A DNA stretch of 64,000 bases from a virus (Duplodnaviria; Caudoviricetes): positions 1-64,000 of IMG/VR virus record IMGVR_UViG_3300044709_000184. One strand, written 5' to 3'. Position numbers and translations under genes: made by a program. This document shows, piece after piece, positions 53,395 through 62,498 of the stretch. Under the pieces are notes generated by a model, which worked only from the letters and a program-made list of their open reading frames with translations, ran no database searches and was not told where the DNA came from. Each line of letters starts with the position of its first letter. Within the stretch, counting starts at the first letter, position 1.

Positions 53395-53943
53395 CTAGCG
53401 GTCCGCGCCGGCGCCCATGGCGGCGTAGAAGTTGTCGGCGGCGGCGTCCTCGTCCCACCACTCGTCGGCCGGCACACCGACCGGGGGGCGTTGCAAATCC
53501 AAGTCGAACCGGGCCCGCTGCATCTGGTCCATGCCGTCGACGACGGTGGCGTAGGCGGCGGTGAGGTAGCCGCCCAGCGACACGACCGTGGGGTCCAGGC
53601 CGCGGGCCAGGAGCCGGCCGGTGAGCTGGGGGACCTGCAGTATCCCGCCGGCCAGGGCCCGGGCAGTCCACCAGCGGGTGCCGGCCGCCTCAGCGAGGGC
53701 GGCCTGGGCGGCGTGGCGCAGCTCGGCCGGGTCGATGGCCGCCGCGGCGATGAGGTCGTCGAGGGCTTCGGCGTCGGCGGCGGGTAACAGACCGGGCACG
53801 ATGTCACCCCAGGCGCCGGTCACGATGGGCACCAGCCACTCAGCGGCGGGCAGGGCCGGGATCGTGTAGACGGTGCCGTCGACGTCGACGTCGATGCGCC
53901 AGCAACGCAGCGCGGCCACCGGGTCGAGCAGGGTGGCGGCCAT
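53395..53943 (-). CDS. Tail assembly chaperone-like protein
   Basis: Position; G..YTIPA..A..W; G..WW.A..L pattern. Confidence 0.6.
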   Translation of the reverse strand: MAATLLDPVAALRCWRIDVDVDGTVYTIPALPAAEWLVPIVTGAWGDIVPGLLPAADAEALDDLIAAAAIDPAELRHAAQAALAEAAGTRWWTARALAGGILQVPQLTGRLLARGLDPTVVSLGGYLTAAYATVVDGMDQMQRARFDLDLQRPPVGVPADEWWDEDAAADNFYAAMGAGADR

Positions 53944-53945
53944 GG

Positions 53946-54698
53946 CTACTTGCGGCGGCGGGCCTTGGGGGCCGGGCCGGTGCGGGGCGCGGCCTGCCGG
54001 CGTGAGGCGATCAGCGCCGACACGGTCAGGGTGAGAATCTCAGATGCGTCGACCAGGTCGATGGCCCCGCCGACCAGCTCATCCTCAAGCCAGTCCTTGT
54101 CGGCCTCATCGACCAGCACCGACGTGATGATGTTCATGGTCTGGTTGAAAAGACGCAGCGCGGTGCGGGTGTTGGCGTCGCCAGTGCCGGCGCAGGCCTG
54201 GCAGGTCTCCTCGGCCAGGGCGCCAGTGCCCTGACAGTCCGGGCACGGTTTCGGGGTTTGGCTCTCACGCTGGAAGGTCTGCGCCCGGGTCGCGATGCGT
54301 TGCCACAGGGCCATCTGGTCCTCGCTGGGGCGGGTCACGGCCATCACCCGGCCGCGGAAGGTGATCGTGCCCGGGTCGGCCCCTCCACCGTCCCCGCCAC
54401 TTTCACCTCCCGCGGCCTGCTGGGTGGAGGCGGTCGCCGGCGGGGTCTCATCGGCACGGACTGTTCCCAGGTCGTCGTTCCAGCCGTCGCCGTCCCAGTA
54501 GCGCAGCACCTGCGGGTCGGCCGGGTCGGCGTACCAGCCCTTAGGCGGTGACGGGGCCAGGCGCGGTGTTGCGGTCATCTTGGCGGGGGCCTTCGTCGCC
54601 TTCGTGGAGGCGGGGGCCTTCTTCGCAGCCGCTGGGGCCTTCTTGGCGGGGGTCCGCTTCCGGGCGGCTGGTGTCTTCGCCGTCGTGTCATTCGCCAT
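53946..54698 (-). CDS. Tail chaperone-position protein with PAKK repeats, DUF2510 and Zn finger
   Basis: GWYADP...LRYWDG..W; CPDCQGTG/CQACAGTG. Confidence 0.7.
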   Translation of the reverse strand: MANDTTAKTPAARKRTPAKKAPAAAKKAPASTKATKAPAKMTATPRLAPSPPKGWYADPADPQVLRYWDGDGWNDDLGTVRADETPPATASTQQAAGGESGGDGGGADPGTITFRGRVMAVTRPSEDQMALWQRIATRAQTFQRESQTPKPCPDCQGTGALAEETCQACAGTGDANTRTALRLFNQTMNIITSVLVDEADKDWLEDELVGGAIDLVDASEILTLTVSALIASRRQAAPRTGPAPKARRRK

Positions 54699-54726
54699 GA
54701 ACGACACAGTAAAGGCTGACCTGCAC

Positions 54727-54933
54727 CTACCTGTCCGGTATGCCCATTTCGCGTTGGGCGGTTGCCCAGGCAGCGTCGACGACGGACCGAAGCCACCGCG
54801 TCTCGGCGACCAGCTGGGTGACCTCCTCGACCGCCAGCTCATACGCCCGGGTCGAGCGCCGATGCCGCACCGGGACTGCCACCTGCACGTAGGCGCGGGC
54901 CGCCGCCCAGTACGCCGCGTCGCTCGCGGTCAC
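54727..54933 (-). CDS. Hypothetical protein
   Basis: GTGA-coupled. Confidence 0.5.
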   Translation of the reverse strand: MTASDAAYWAAARAYVQVAVPVRHRRSTRAYELAVEEVTQLVAETRWLRSVVDAAWATAQREMGIPDR

Positions 54934-55127
54934 GGCGTCACCATCCGGACCTCGGTCGCCTCGCTGACGTGGTGGCCGGTGGCCGTCGCATGGTCCCGCA
55001 GCCACGTATCGCGGTCGTCGGCCATGGTGAACGGTTGCGCCACCTTCGGCCCGCCGCACTCTGCGCAGACCGCGAGATGGAACACCGTGACGTGGGCATA
55101 GCACTGCAGGTAGAGCGTCTGTTTCAC
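54930..55127 (-). CDS. Small Cys/His protein
   Basis: CxxC...H...GH. Confidence 0.55.
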   Translation of the reverse strand: MKQTLYLQCYAHVTVFHLAVCAECGGPKVAQPFTMADDRDTWLRDHATATGHHVSEATEVRMVTP

Positions 55128-55137
55128 CGGCGAGAGC

Positions 55138-55557
55138 CTAGGCCGTCTTCGACAACGTGAACCCGGCCGGGCCGGCGACCTCCTGCAGGGCCCGCAGCAG
55201 CCAGGGCCGGCCCCGGCGGGCAGGGTGCCGGGCCGACTTCGCGAACACGACGTCGCCGCCCTTGCTGACCCACCGCAGGGCCTTGCGGCGCTTCGGCCGG
55301 ATCGTGTAGGCCTTGTTGCCGTTGTGGACGGCCCGCGCGTAGTCGGTGTCGTTGAACACCTCACCGGTCACCCTGGTGGCGGTGCGCAGGACCCGCATGT
55401 TGTTGTGGGCCCGCAGGTTGCCGGTGTCGACAGGGGTGAGCACGTTGGCCCGGTTGAACACCCGCCGGGTCGTGTCGGTGACCAGCCTGACCGCCGCGTC
55501 GAGGGCCACCGCCCGCAGGGCTGGCTGGTTGAGGGTGAGGCTGAAACCGACCGGCAC
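55138..55557 (-). CDS. HK97 gp10-like tail completion protein
   Basis: PVDTGNLR...YA..VH.G...HP....PWL..AL. Confidence 0.85.
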   Translation of the reverse strand: MPVGFSLTLNQPALRAVALDAAVRLVTDTTRRVFNRANVLTPVDTGNLRAHNNMRVLRTATRVTGEVFNDTDYARAVHNGNKAYTIRPKRRKALRWVSKGGDVVFAKSARHPARRGRPWLLRALQEVAGPAGFTLSKTA

Positions 55558-55620
55558 GCCATCAAGTGTGGGCGGCCCCAGCCGGTGACCTGTCCACGAT
55601 CGGGGCCGGCCGTGGAGGGT

Positions 55621-56076
55621 TCACCCGCCGGGGCGGGGCGGCCACGATGCCGGGTCGATGGCGTTGAGCTTGATCGGCGGGGCGTCGCAGCCGGGGCTCC
55701 ACCGGGACCCTTCCAATATCCACAGGCACTGGGGGGCGTCGTGGAGCAGCGACGGGTCGGACCCGTCGAGCATGGTGGCCGACTCGCCCGGCGCCCAGGC
55801 CCCGTCGGCGGATAGGGCGACCAGGCCGCCGCATTTGCATTTGGCCCCGGTGAGCAGCCGCTTCGCCAGGGCGGTCGCTGCCGCCGCCGGGTTCGGGTGG
55901 CCCCGTACCCCGATCTCGGCCTGGCCGCCGTACTCGGCGACCGCGAACCAGGTGACCGGTGTGGTTGAGGTGTAGCCGATGCGGAAGCCTTTCGCCCCGG
56001 CCCGCTCGGCCAGGTCAGCGGCGGCCATCATCGCGGCCTCTTCCTCGGGGCCCAGCGGCGGGGCAGTGGTGTGCAT
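55621..56076 (-). CDS. Hypothetical protein inserted in neck module
   Basis: ORF with Cys motifs. Confidence 0.6.
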   Translation of the reverse strand: MHTTAPPLGPEEEAAMMAAADLAERAGAKGFRIGYTSTTPVTWFAVAEYGGQAEIGVRGHPNPAAAATALAKRLLTGAKCKCGGLVALSADGAWAPGESATMLDGSDPSLLHDAPQCLWILEGSRWSPGCDAPPIKLNAIDPASWPPRPGG

Positions 56077-56090
56077 GTCGGGGCTAACGA

Positions 56091-56615
56091 TCAGTCGGGG
56101 CAGTCGCACGCGTCGAGGGCCACGGTGACCTGCATGTAGCCGCCCAGGCAGCCCCCGTCGACGGGCAGGGGCTGCCACAGGCCGGCCACGTACATCCGGT
56201 CGGGCTGTAGGTCGGTGAAGCAGCACAGGGCCCTTCGCATGGCCGCGGCGTCGTTGAGGATGGCCTCGGCCAGGGCGTTCCAGTCGTCGCTTGACGGGAT
56301 CTCATCGGCTTCGGGGGTGGGGGCGCACCGGGCCACGCCCAGCTCCAGGATCGCCGCCCACTGCAGCGGCCAGCACGCCACGAACGTCAGGTCAGGCTCA
56401 GGGAACCGGGCCGACGGGTAGATCGACACGACCCGCACCCAGCCGACCCCCTCGCAGCACTCGTCGCGTGTCTCGGACAGCAGCAGCTCGATCTGGGTGC
56501 CGACCCGCAGCGACACATGCTCGGGCGGGTCGGCCACGTCGGCGAGGGTGGTCTCGAAACATTCGAGCAGGCTCGTCGCGACCGGCAACACAGCCGGGTC
56601 GGTGATGGTCGGCAC
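56091..56615 (-). CDS. Tail terminator-like protein
   Basis: C..G.GWVRV...LELGV.RC...D...M..A..C...GGC.G. Confidence 0.75.
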   Translation of the reverse strand: MPTITDPAVLPVATSLLECFETTLADVADPPEHVSLRVGTQIELLLSETRDECCEGVGWVRVVSIYPSARFPEPDLTFVACWPLQWAAILELGVARCAPTPEADEIPSSDDWNALAEAILNDAAAMRRALCCFTDLQPDRMYVAGLWQPLPVDGGCLGGYMQVTVALDACDCPD

Positions 56616-56674
56616 GGTTCCGATCGTGGCCGCAACCGGTCGCCGTACAGGCCGAACGGACCGGTTGTGTGGCC

Positions 56675-56693
56675 GTCATTTCGGCGCGATGAC
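56675..56693. promoter_or_regulatory. GTCAT-N9-ATGAC site
   Basis: 60 nt upstream of the start at 56615. Confidence 0.65.
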
Positions 56694-56706
56694 GTATCGT
56701 CGGCGC

Positions 56707-56864
56707 GGCCCCACCGTGTGCTGGCCGTCGGGTCTGGCCGGCTGAGCAACCGGTGCACGGTGGGGGCCACCAGACGTGGCCCCACCCTCGGTGTCAATGG
56801 TCCCCCGGGGGTGGGGCCACACCATGTCGGCCCCACCCGGTTCCCTGCATCGCCGGGTGGGGCC
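56707..56864. repeat. Six alternating GGCCCCACC/GGTGGGGCC 9-mers (three inverted pairs)
   Basis: Copies at 56707, 56759 (one extra G), 56778, 56810, 56829, 56856. Confidence 0.75.
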
Positions 56865-56869
56865 GCCCG

Positions 56870-57673
56870 TCAGGACCCGCCGCGCCACGTCACGACCCGC
56901 GGGGTGGGCAGGTCGGGTGAGAACACGGTGGGCCGCTCCGTGATGTTGAACGGGTTATCGGCGTCGATGGCGTCGTCGACCAGGCGCAGCCCCGTGCGGA
57001 TGCGGCCCTTGCCGTCCTTGGGGATGTCGGCGATGGTGACCTCGACGCCCTGCCGGGTCAGGCGGGTCATTCGGGACGGCAGGCCGCAGGGCCGCCCGAC
57101 GCAGGCCTTCGCGTACTCGCAGCCCAGCACGTTGAGGGCGTGTTGGATGTGGTCCGGGATCGGGTCGCCCCGCAGGTAGGTGACCTCAAACCCGGGGATT
57201 TCCTGCCCGAAGACCTGGCAGGTGGGCCAGCAGTCGCCGTCGGTGCGGACCAGCAGGAACCGGTCGTGGACCTCGTAGGCGGTCGCCGGGACCGACACCC
57301 CGTCGATGAGGACGTCGACCACGTCGGCGACGGGCCCGTCGAGGGCCACCTCACAGTCGGCCTTGCAGGAGCAGCGCCCGCCGCAGGTCAGGTTGTGCCA
57401 GTCCCCGCCGGCCAGCACCGGCGTCATGGACACGCCGCCGCCCAGGCCCAACGGGTCGTAGCTGGACACCGGGAACGTCTGGTACAGCGGGTCGACCGGG
57501 GCCGGGTTGCAGGGCAGGACGGTGATCTCACACAGCCCGTACCGGCGGCCGGTCGCGGCCCACAACACGGTCGCGGCGAGCGCTTCGGCAGCTGCCTGAG
57601 CGGGGGCGGGGAAGTCCGTCCAGGTGCCGCCGCATTCGCAGCCGTCGACGACCCACCCACACGGCACACCCAT
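56870..57673 (-). CDS. Head-to-tail adaptor
   Basis: LWA.TGRRYG.C..TV.PC; DG.CWP.CQ; C.LP.R...TRQGV; TG...VD. Confidence 0.8.
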   Translation of the reverse strand: MGVPCGWVVDGCECGGTWTDFPAPAQAAAEALAATVLWAATGRRYGLCEITVLPCNPAPVDPLYQTFPVSSYDPLGLGGGVSMTPVLAGGDWHNLTCGGRCSCKADCEVALDGPVADVVDVLIDGVSVPATAYEVHDRFLLVRTDGDCWPTCQVFGQEIPGFEVTYLRGDPIPDHIQHALNVLGCEYAKACVGRPCGLPSRMTRLTRQGVEVTIADIPKDGKGRIRTGLRLVDDAIDADNPFNITERPTVFSPDLPTPRVVTWRGGS

Positions 57674-57693
57674 GTTGCCCCCCTACGGGTCGG

Positions 57694-57834
57694 TCATGAC
57701 AGGCCGCACCAGTGCCGGGCCTGCCACCGCCAGCGGCGCCGGTCGGCGAGCTGGTCGTACGGGCGGACCCAGTAGCCGACCGTGCGACCCGCCCAGGCCA
57801 GGTGGGCGTACACGAGCCGAACCGCCAGCCACAC
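57694..57834 (-). CDS. Possible 46-aa Trp/Arg-rich protein
   Basis: Fills the gap after the major tail gene; not in ORF track. Confidence 0.3.
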   Translation of the reverse strand: MWLAVRLVYAHLAWAGRTVGYWVRPYDQLADRRRWRWQARHWCGLS

Positions 57835-57837
57835 CGG

Positions 57838-58539
57838 TCAGCTCGCGATCACCAGCTCCTGGCAGCCGCAGACCGAGTCAGGGGGCGCCAGGTCGGTGAA
57901 CTGCATATGCCGGTGCCGGGTGGAGGGCAGGGCCTCGAACAGCGGCGACGAGGCCCCGAACCGGTCGAGCTGAATGTCGTACGGGCCAACACCCCAGTCG
58001 TTGCCGTCGGCGGTGATCGTGTTGATCGTCCACTCGGCCGGGGCGTTCTCGATGGTGGTGTCCGACATGGTGCCCTCAAGCAACCACGGCAGCAGCAGGT
58101 ACCCGTAGCGGGTGGTGCCGCCCGAGCAGGTCGACTGGCCGCGGCGGCGGCCCAGGTTGGTCCACAGTTCCAGCGCGACCGACGCGGTGGCGTAGGTGTC
58201 GGAGTCGGTCCCGAAGCCGATCGCGTTGGGGACGACCGCGTCGTCGTAGACCAGCCGCGACCCGCTCAAAAAGTTGATCAGCTCGGGCATGACCTCGCAC
58301 AGCACGATCGCGACTTCGATCCAGTTCAGCTCCGGCTCAGACCGCTGGTTCAAACAGAACTGGCCGCCCGCGTTTTTCTTCTTGAACTCGTCGGGCGTCT
58401 CGATGTTGTCGGTCATCGCGACGGACACAAACCCGTCGGTGACGATCTGGGAGCAGGCCCCGCCGACCGGGGCGCCGCAGTCGTCGATGAGGGTGGCCCG
58501 TAGCCGGGTGCCCTGGATGAGAGTCCGACACTCGCTCAT
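57838..58539 (-). CDS. Major tail protein
   Basis: G.R.R.T..D.CG.P...GF.SV...KNA.G..C; ALELW; WG.GPY. Confidence 0.85.
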   Translation of the reverse strand: MSECRTLIQGTRLRATLIDDCGAPVGGACSQIVTDGFVSVAMTDNIETPDEFKKKNAGGQFCLNQRSEPELNWIEVAIVLCEVMPELINFLSGSRLVYDDAVVPNAIGFGTDSDTYATASVALELWTNLGRRRGQSTCSGGTTRYGYLLLPWLLEGTMSDTTIENAPAEWTINTITADGNDWGVGPYDIQLDRFGASSPLFEALPSTRHRHMQFTDLAPPDSVCGCQELVIAS

Positions 58540-58886
58540 GACGTGGCTGCTCCTTGCTGGGCTGTGGTGCGCCGCGGCCGGCGGGCCGCGGTACGGGTAC
58601 GGGGCGGCGGGTCAGGGGCGGGGGCGTCGGGGCGGGGCTCGAGCAGCCCGGCGTGACCTTCGGCGGTGCGCACCACCCGGGCCAGCTCCGCCGACGGGGG
58701 GTGGAGCTCCAAGACGGCGGGGGCCGGCTGGTCGCCGGTCAGGTAGGCCAGGGCCAGGGCGTCGGGCACGACCAGGCCGCCGTTGCCGGAGCGGACCTGC
58801 CCCGGGTCGGCGGCCAGGGTCCGTACCCGGCGGACCATCACGGACCGGTCGGCTGGGTCGGCGGGCAGGTGCAGCGTGACGGTCAT
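58536..58886 (-). CDS. Hypothetical virion-module protein
   Basis: Coupled between pentamer and tail genes. Confidence 0.65.
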   Translation of the reverse strand: MTVTLHLPADPADRSVMVRRVRTLAADPGQVRSGNGGLVVPDALALAYLTGDQPAPAVLELHPPSAELARVVRTAEGHAGLLEPRPDAPAPDPPPRTRTAARRPRRTTAQQGAATS

Positions 58887-59671
58887 GACGCGCCCGGCTC
58901 AGGTTCGAAGGTCGCCGACGCGGCGGCGCAGTCGTAGGCGACCGCGTACTCCCGCTCGGCGAGCAGCTCGAAGACGTTGGTGGCCTGGTTCCAGGTGTCC
59001 TGGGCCGGGGGGACGTTGACGTCGGCGGCCCGCCACACCGTGACGTTGCCGGAGATGTAGATGGTGCCGTCGTCGGGGTAGCCGCCGCCGAACACGACCA
59101 CCGTCCCGGCGTGGGTGGTCCACAGTGGACCCTTCGCGACCAGTAGGCCGTTGGCGCCCAGGTAGTTCGCGAACCGCATCGGGGTGTGCAGGAAGCCGAC
59201 GTAGCCGTAGGCGGCGCCGTCGTCGCCGTACAGCCACTGCTCCAGCTCGCCCAGCACCGACCGGATGCTGGTCTCGTCGGGGGCGGCCAGGGGCACTGCG
59301 CCGGCGGCGAGTGAGGCGGCCATCAGCCGTTCGGCGCCGGACTGTTCGCCGGTGGCCAGGCGCTCCCGTACCCGGGCCTCCATCTCGGCCGGGGTGGTCC
59401 CGACCCGGGAGCATTCGAGGGTGGCGTAGATGGCGGAGCTGTCGGCCTCGATGTAGGCGTCTTCCGGGTCGAACGTCTTGTCGGCCGGGTCGTCGGTCGG
59501 GCAGGTGATCGGGTACACGTGGGCGCTGCCGCAGCCGATCGGCCGGAACCGCACCCCCGACGCCAGGGCGTGGGGGGGCAGTTCCAGCGGACCAGCCGCG
59601 GCGGTGAGCAGCCCGTAGCGGAGCCCACGGGGTTGTGCTGCGTCGACAATCGGCGCGGGCATCATCGGCAC
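58883..59671 (-). CDS. Major capsid pentamer-like protein
   Basis: YGL..A; L..GEQ..E; GT.VV.GGGY; N....AER.Y.V..DC. Confidence 0.75.
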   Translation of the reverse strand: MPMMPAPIVDAAQPRGLRYGLLTAAAGPLELPPHALASGVRFRPIGCGSAHVYPITCPTDDPADKTFDPEDAYIEADSSAIYATLECSRVGTTPAEMEARVRERLATGEQSGAERLMAASLAAGAVPLAAPDETSIRSVLGELEQWLYGDDGAAYGYVGFLHTPMRFANYLGANGLLVAKGPLWTTHAGTVVVFGGGYPDDGTIYISGNVTVWRAADVNVPPAQDTWNQATNVFELLAEREYAVAYDCAAASATFEPEPGAS

Positions 59672-59725
59672 GGGCCGCTCACCACCTTCCGGCTACTGGG
59701 GTCGGGTCAGACGTGTGGAGGTGCG

Positions 59726-61609
59726 TCAGGACCCGACCGTGTCGCAGCAGCCGGTCACCCCGCCTGGGTCGACGTTGACCCGGTAGAGGCGGCTGATCGG
59801 GCCCATCTGCATCACGGCCCATCCGTCCTCGACAAAGACGGCGGTGTATTGGTTGGTGGACAGCAGGGTCGAGTCGTAGATGGTGTCCAGGGACACGACG
59901 TCCTGTACTGGCTTGACCCAGGTGCCGGCCGGGTAGACAAGGAAGTCCGCGGTCAGCGGAAGCCGGGTCAGTGGGGTCGGCCCGCCGGGCCCGATCGCCA
60001 AACCCGCCCCGTAGTCCTGCCAGTCGTAGACGAAGCGGGGCACGGCGTTGCGGTCGGCGAACCAGGACAGCACCTCGGCGTTGGTGACCTGCCAGCCCTC
60101 CACGCCGCGGCGGCGGCCCAGGGCGGCCCGGATCTGCACCAGCACCCACCACGGCAGGACGACCTCCATGGTGGTGGCGAAGCCCATGCGGTTGCGGTAC
60201 TTCGCATCGACGATGGCCAGGTCGACCGCGGCGAGCAGGGCCGAGGCGGCGTCGTCGCCGTTGGGGTCCTGCGGGATGATGTTGGCCGCGCCGGAGCCGG
60301 ACACGATGGCCGCGATCACCCCGAAATTGATCTTGTGTGCGAGGGCGACGGTAGCGCCCCGGGTGAACCGGGCAACGACCTCGGGGTAGCCGCGACGCTG
60401 CAGCAGACCACCGGTCAGACACATGTAGTCGACGCCCAGCCTGATGTCCTCAAACGGGGGGCAGGGGATCTCGGTGCAGACCTTGGTCGTGTCGTCCATC
60501 ACCTCGGCCTCGGTGAGGTGGGTGTCGCCGGCGTTGCCGATCGAGTTGTAGATCGTCGCGAAGTCGGGGCCGCCGTCAATCGGGATCTGCCAGCCACCGC
60601 GGGTGGTCTGGATCTCCGGGACGTCGAGCATGCCGTCGAGCGACTCGAGTTCCATCAGGTCGTAGATCACGTCGGATGGGGCGCACCATCCAGCGGCGGC
60701 GGTCAGGGACCGGCCGTTGCGGACCGACTGGGCCACCGACTGGATCAGGCCACCACCGGGCAGGCGCCGCTCGTTGGCGGCGTACTCGGCGACCGCGTAG
60801 CCGTTGCCGAGCTGCTCATCCACGCGCAGCTCAGTCGGGAACTCCCGGCGCAGTTCGGCGATGTTGTGCCGCACGAACGAGCGCATGTCGAACCGGCGGC
60901 CCGGGTCGTCGCGGTCATACACCGTGACGGGGCGGGTCTTGCCAGCGAACCGCTTCGACCCGCGGGCCCGGCCGGCGGTCAGCGACTGGTACCGCTCCAG
61001 CTGGGTCGACAGGGCCCGGGCGGCGTCGCTGAACGATTCGAGCTGCTGACCGGCGGAGTAGCCGCCGATCGACGCGACCGCGTTGAGGCTGGCGTAGGCG
61101 CCCCGGGCGGGGGACCCGTTGGTCAGTGGTGTCGCGGCCCGCGAGTGTTGGGCAACCTGCCGTACCCGGGGCGCTGCTGCGGCGGGCCGGCGGGCAGCGG
61201 TCACGGACGCGGGGGCCAGGTCGACTGGGGCCGGGTCGGTGTCGGCGGGTGCGTCCCCGCCGTCGGGTGGTTCGGTGTCGGTGTCGACGTCGGCCGGGTC
61301 GGTGTCGGGCAGGGCCAGGTCGTCGATCTCGGCGGCCAGGTCGCCGATCTCACCGGCACGGTCGCGGCGGCCGACGATGACGGCGGCGATGTCGCGGGCC
61401 AGGTCGCGGCAGGCCCGCAGGGCGGCCAGCGTGTCGTCGGTAGTTTCGGCCGGGCTGAGGCCGGTGAACCCGGTGGCGTGGCCGCGGACCTGCTCGTGCA
61501 GGGCACGCAGGTCATCGTCGGTGGCGGTGGCGAGGTCGGCGGGGACCTCGAACGGGAAGGTGTACTCCGCTGCGGCGGCGGGAGCGTCGACGATCGGCTC
61601 GTCAGGCAT
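59726..61609 (-). CDS. Major capsid (hexamer) protein with N-terminal scaffold-like region
   Basis: LTAAAGWCAPS..YD; DG.L..PEI...RGG; K.C.EIPCP.F; RGYPE; as in cluster-B-like actinophage capsids. Confidence 0.9.
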   Translation of the reverse strand: MPDEPIVDAPAAAAEYTFPFEVPADLATATDDDLRALHEQVRGHATGFTGLSPAETTDDTLAALRACRDLARDIAAVIVGRRDRAGEIGDLAAEIDDLALPDTDPADVDTDTEPPDGGDAPADTDPAPVDLAPASVTAARRPAAAAPRVRQVAQHSRAATPLTNGSPARGAYASLNAVASIGGYSAGQQLESFSDAARALSTQLERYQSLTAGRARGSKRFAGKTRPVTVYDRDDPGRRFDMRSFVRHNIAELRREFPTELRVDEQLGNGYAVAEYAANERRLPGGGLIQSVAQSVRNGRSLTAAAGWCAPSDVIYDLMELESLDGMLDVPEIQTTRGGWQIPIDGGPDFATIYNSIGNAGDTHLTEAEVMDDTTKVCTEIPCPPFEDIRLGVDYMCLTGGLLQRRGYPEVVARFTRGATVALAHKINFGVIAAIVSGSGAANIIPQDPNGDDAASALLAAVDLAIVDAKYRNRMGFATTMEVVLPWWVLVQIRAALGRRRGVEGWQVTNAEVLSWFADRNAVPRFVYDWQDYGAGLAIGPGGPTPLTRLPLTADFLVYPAGTWVKPVQDVVSLDTIYDSTLLSTNQYTAVFVEDGWAVMQMGPISRLYRVNVDPGGVTGCCDTVGS

Positions 61610-61830
61610 GGAAGACCCCAATGATCTGGTCTCACACCTGGCCTGACCGCAGCAGCCGCCAGTATGCGTAAGCGTCGGCGGGGGCCGGCCACACCGTCAC
61701 GCCCCGTCCCGCTTGTCAATCGGGACCGTAGTCGACAGGGGCAGGGCTGGGGGACAGATCAGCGGATCCATCCCCCAGCCGTGGCGCGCGCCGCATCAAC
61801 CCCTCGAGATGGGCGCAGCGCCGGTCCCAG

Positions 61831-62295
61831 CTAGACGGTCGGCTCTGGGGGCGGTTCCGGCGTCGGTTCCGGGGTCGGCTCCGGCTCCGGGGTCGGCGGT
61901 GGCGGAGGCGGGGGCGGCGGGTCGCCGTCGGCGTTCTGGTCGCCGACCTGGACGGACAGGTTGGACACGGCGGCGCCCAGGGCGTTGAGGGTGGCCAGTG
62001 TGGCGTCGGCCTTGGCCCTCTCCTCGGGGGTGAAGACGCCGGTGGCGCGGCTCAGCAGCACCCCTACGTCGGCGGCGGTGGTCGCCAGCACTCGGCTGAT
62101 CTCGGTGAGTGTGGTCTGCTCAGCGTTGAGCAGGTCATCAAGGTCGGTCATCTTCTGCTCCATACGGGTCAGGCGGTGATTGATCTGGCGGGCCAGGGTG
62201 ACCAGGGTGAGCAGTACGGCCTCGAAGTTGGGGGCCAGCTCGAGCACGACCCTCAGCCTGTTGCCGGCCTCGCCTTGCCGGTGGTGATCCGCCAC
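61831..62295 (-). CDS. Coiled-coil protein with Pro/Glu/Thr-rich tail
   Basis: Poly-Pro and PEPT repeats. Confidence 0.6.
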   Translation of the reverse strand: MADHHRQGEAGNRLRVVLELAPNFEAVLLTLVTLARQINHRLTRMEQKMTDLDDLLNAEQTTLTEISRVLATTAADVGVLLSRATGVFTPEERAKADATLATLNALGAAVSNLSVQVGDQNADGDPPPPPPPPPTPEPEPTPEPTPEPPPEPTV

Positions 62296-62498
62296 GGCCG
62301 GACTGTCGCATACGTCCTGGTCGGCGGGGGAGGTTCGGTCAGAACTCGCCCAGCAGGGTGATCATCTGCTGGGGGGTGGTGGCGTCGCGGTAGCGGCGGT
62401 ACAGGTCCCGACCCGCGATGACAACCATGGTTGTCGGATGAAGCGTGTCGTAGTTGCGGGCGTCGAATCTTCACCCCCGCTCAGTAGGGTTCCTAGCC

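Noticed and set aside
53395-54698. Programmed -1 frameshift in tail chaperones
   Set aside because: No slippery heptamer seen near the stop; the second gene has its own ATG.
56707-56864. Mini CRISPR array
   Set aside because: Repeats are 9 nt, alternate in orientation and have irregular spacing.
38371-61624. Long antisense ORFs such as 38371-39804 (+) and 59519-61624 (+), also 517-2139 (-)
   Set aside because: Shadows of real high-GC genes on the opposite strand, with no motifs.
61715-61733. GTCAA half-site upstream of the capsid gene as a further late box
   Set aside because: The right half does not match and the spacing is off.
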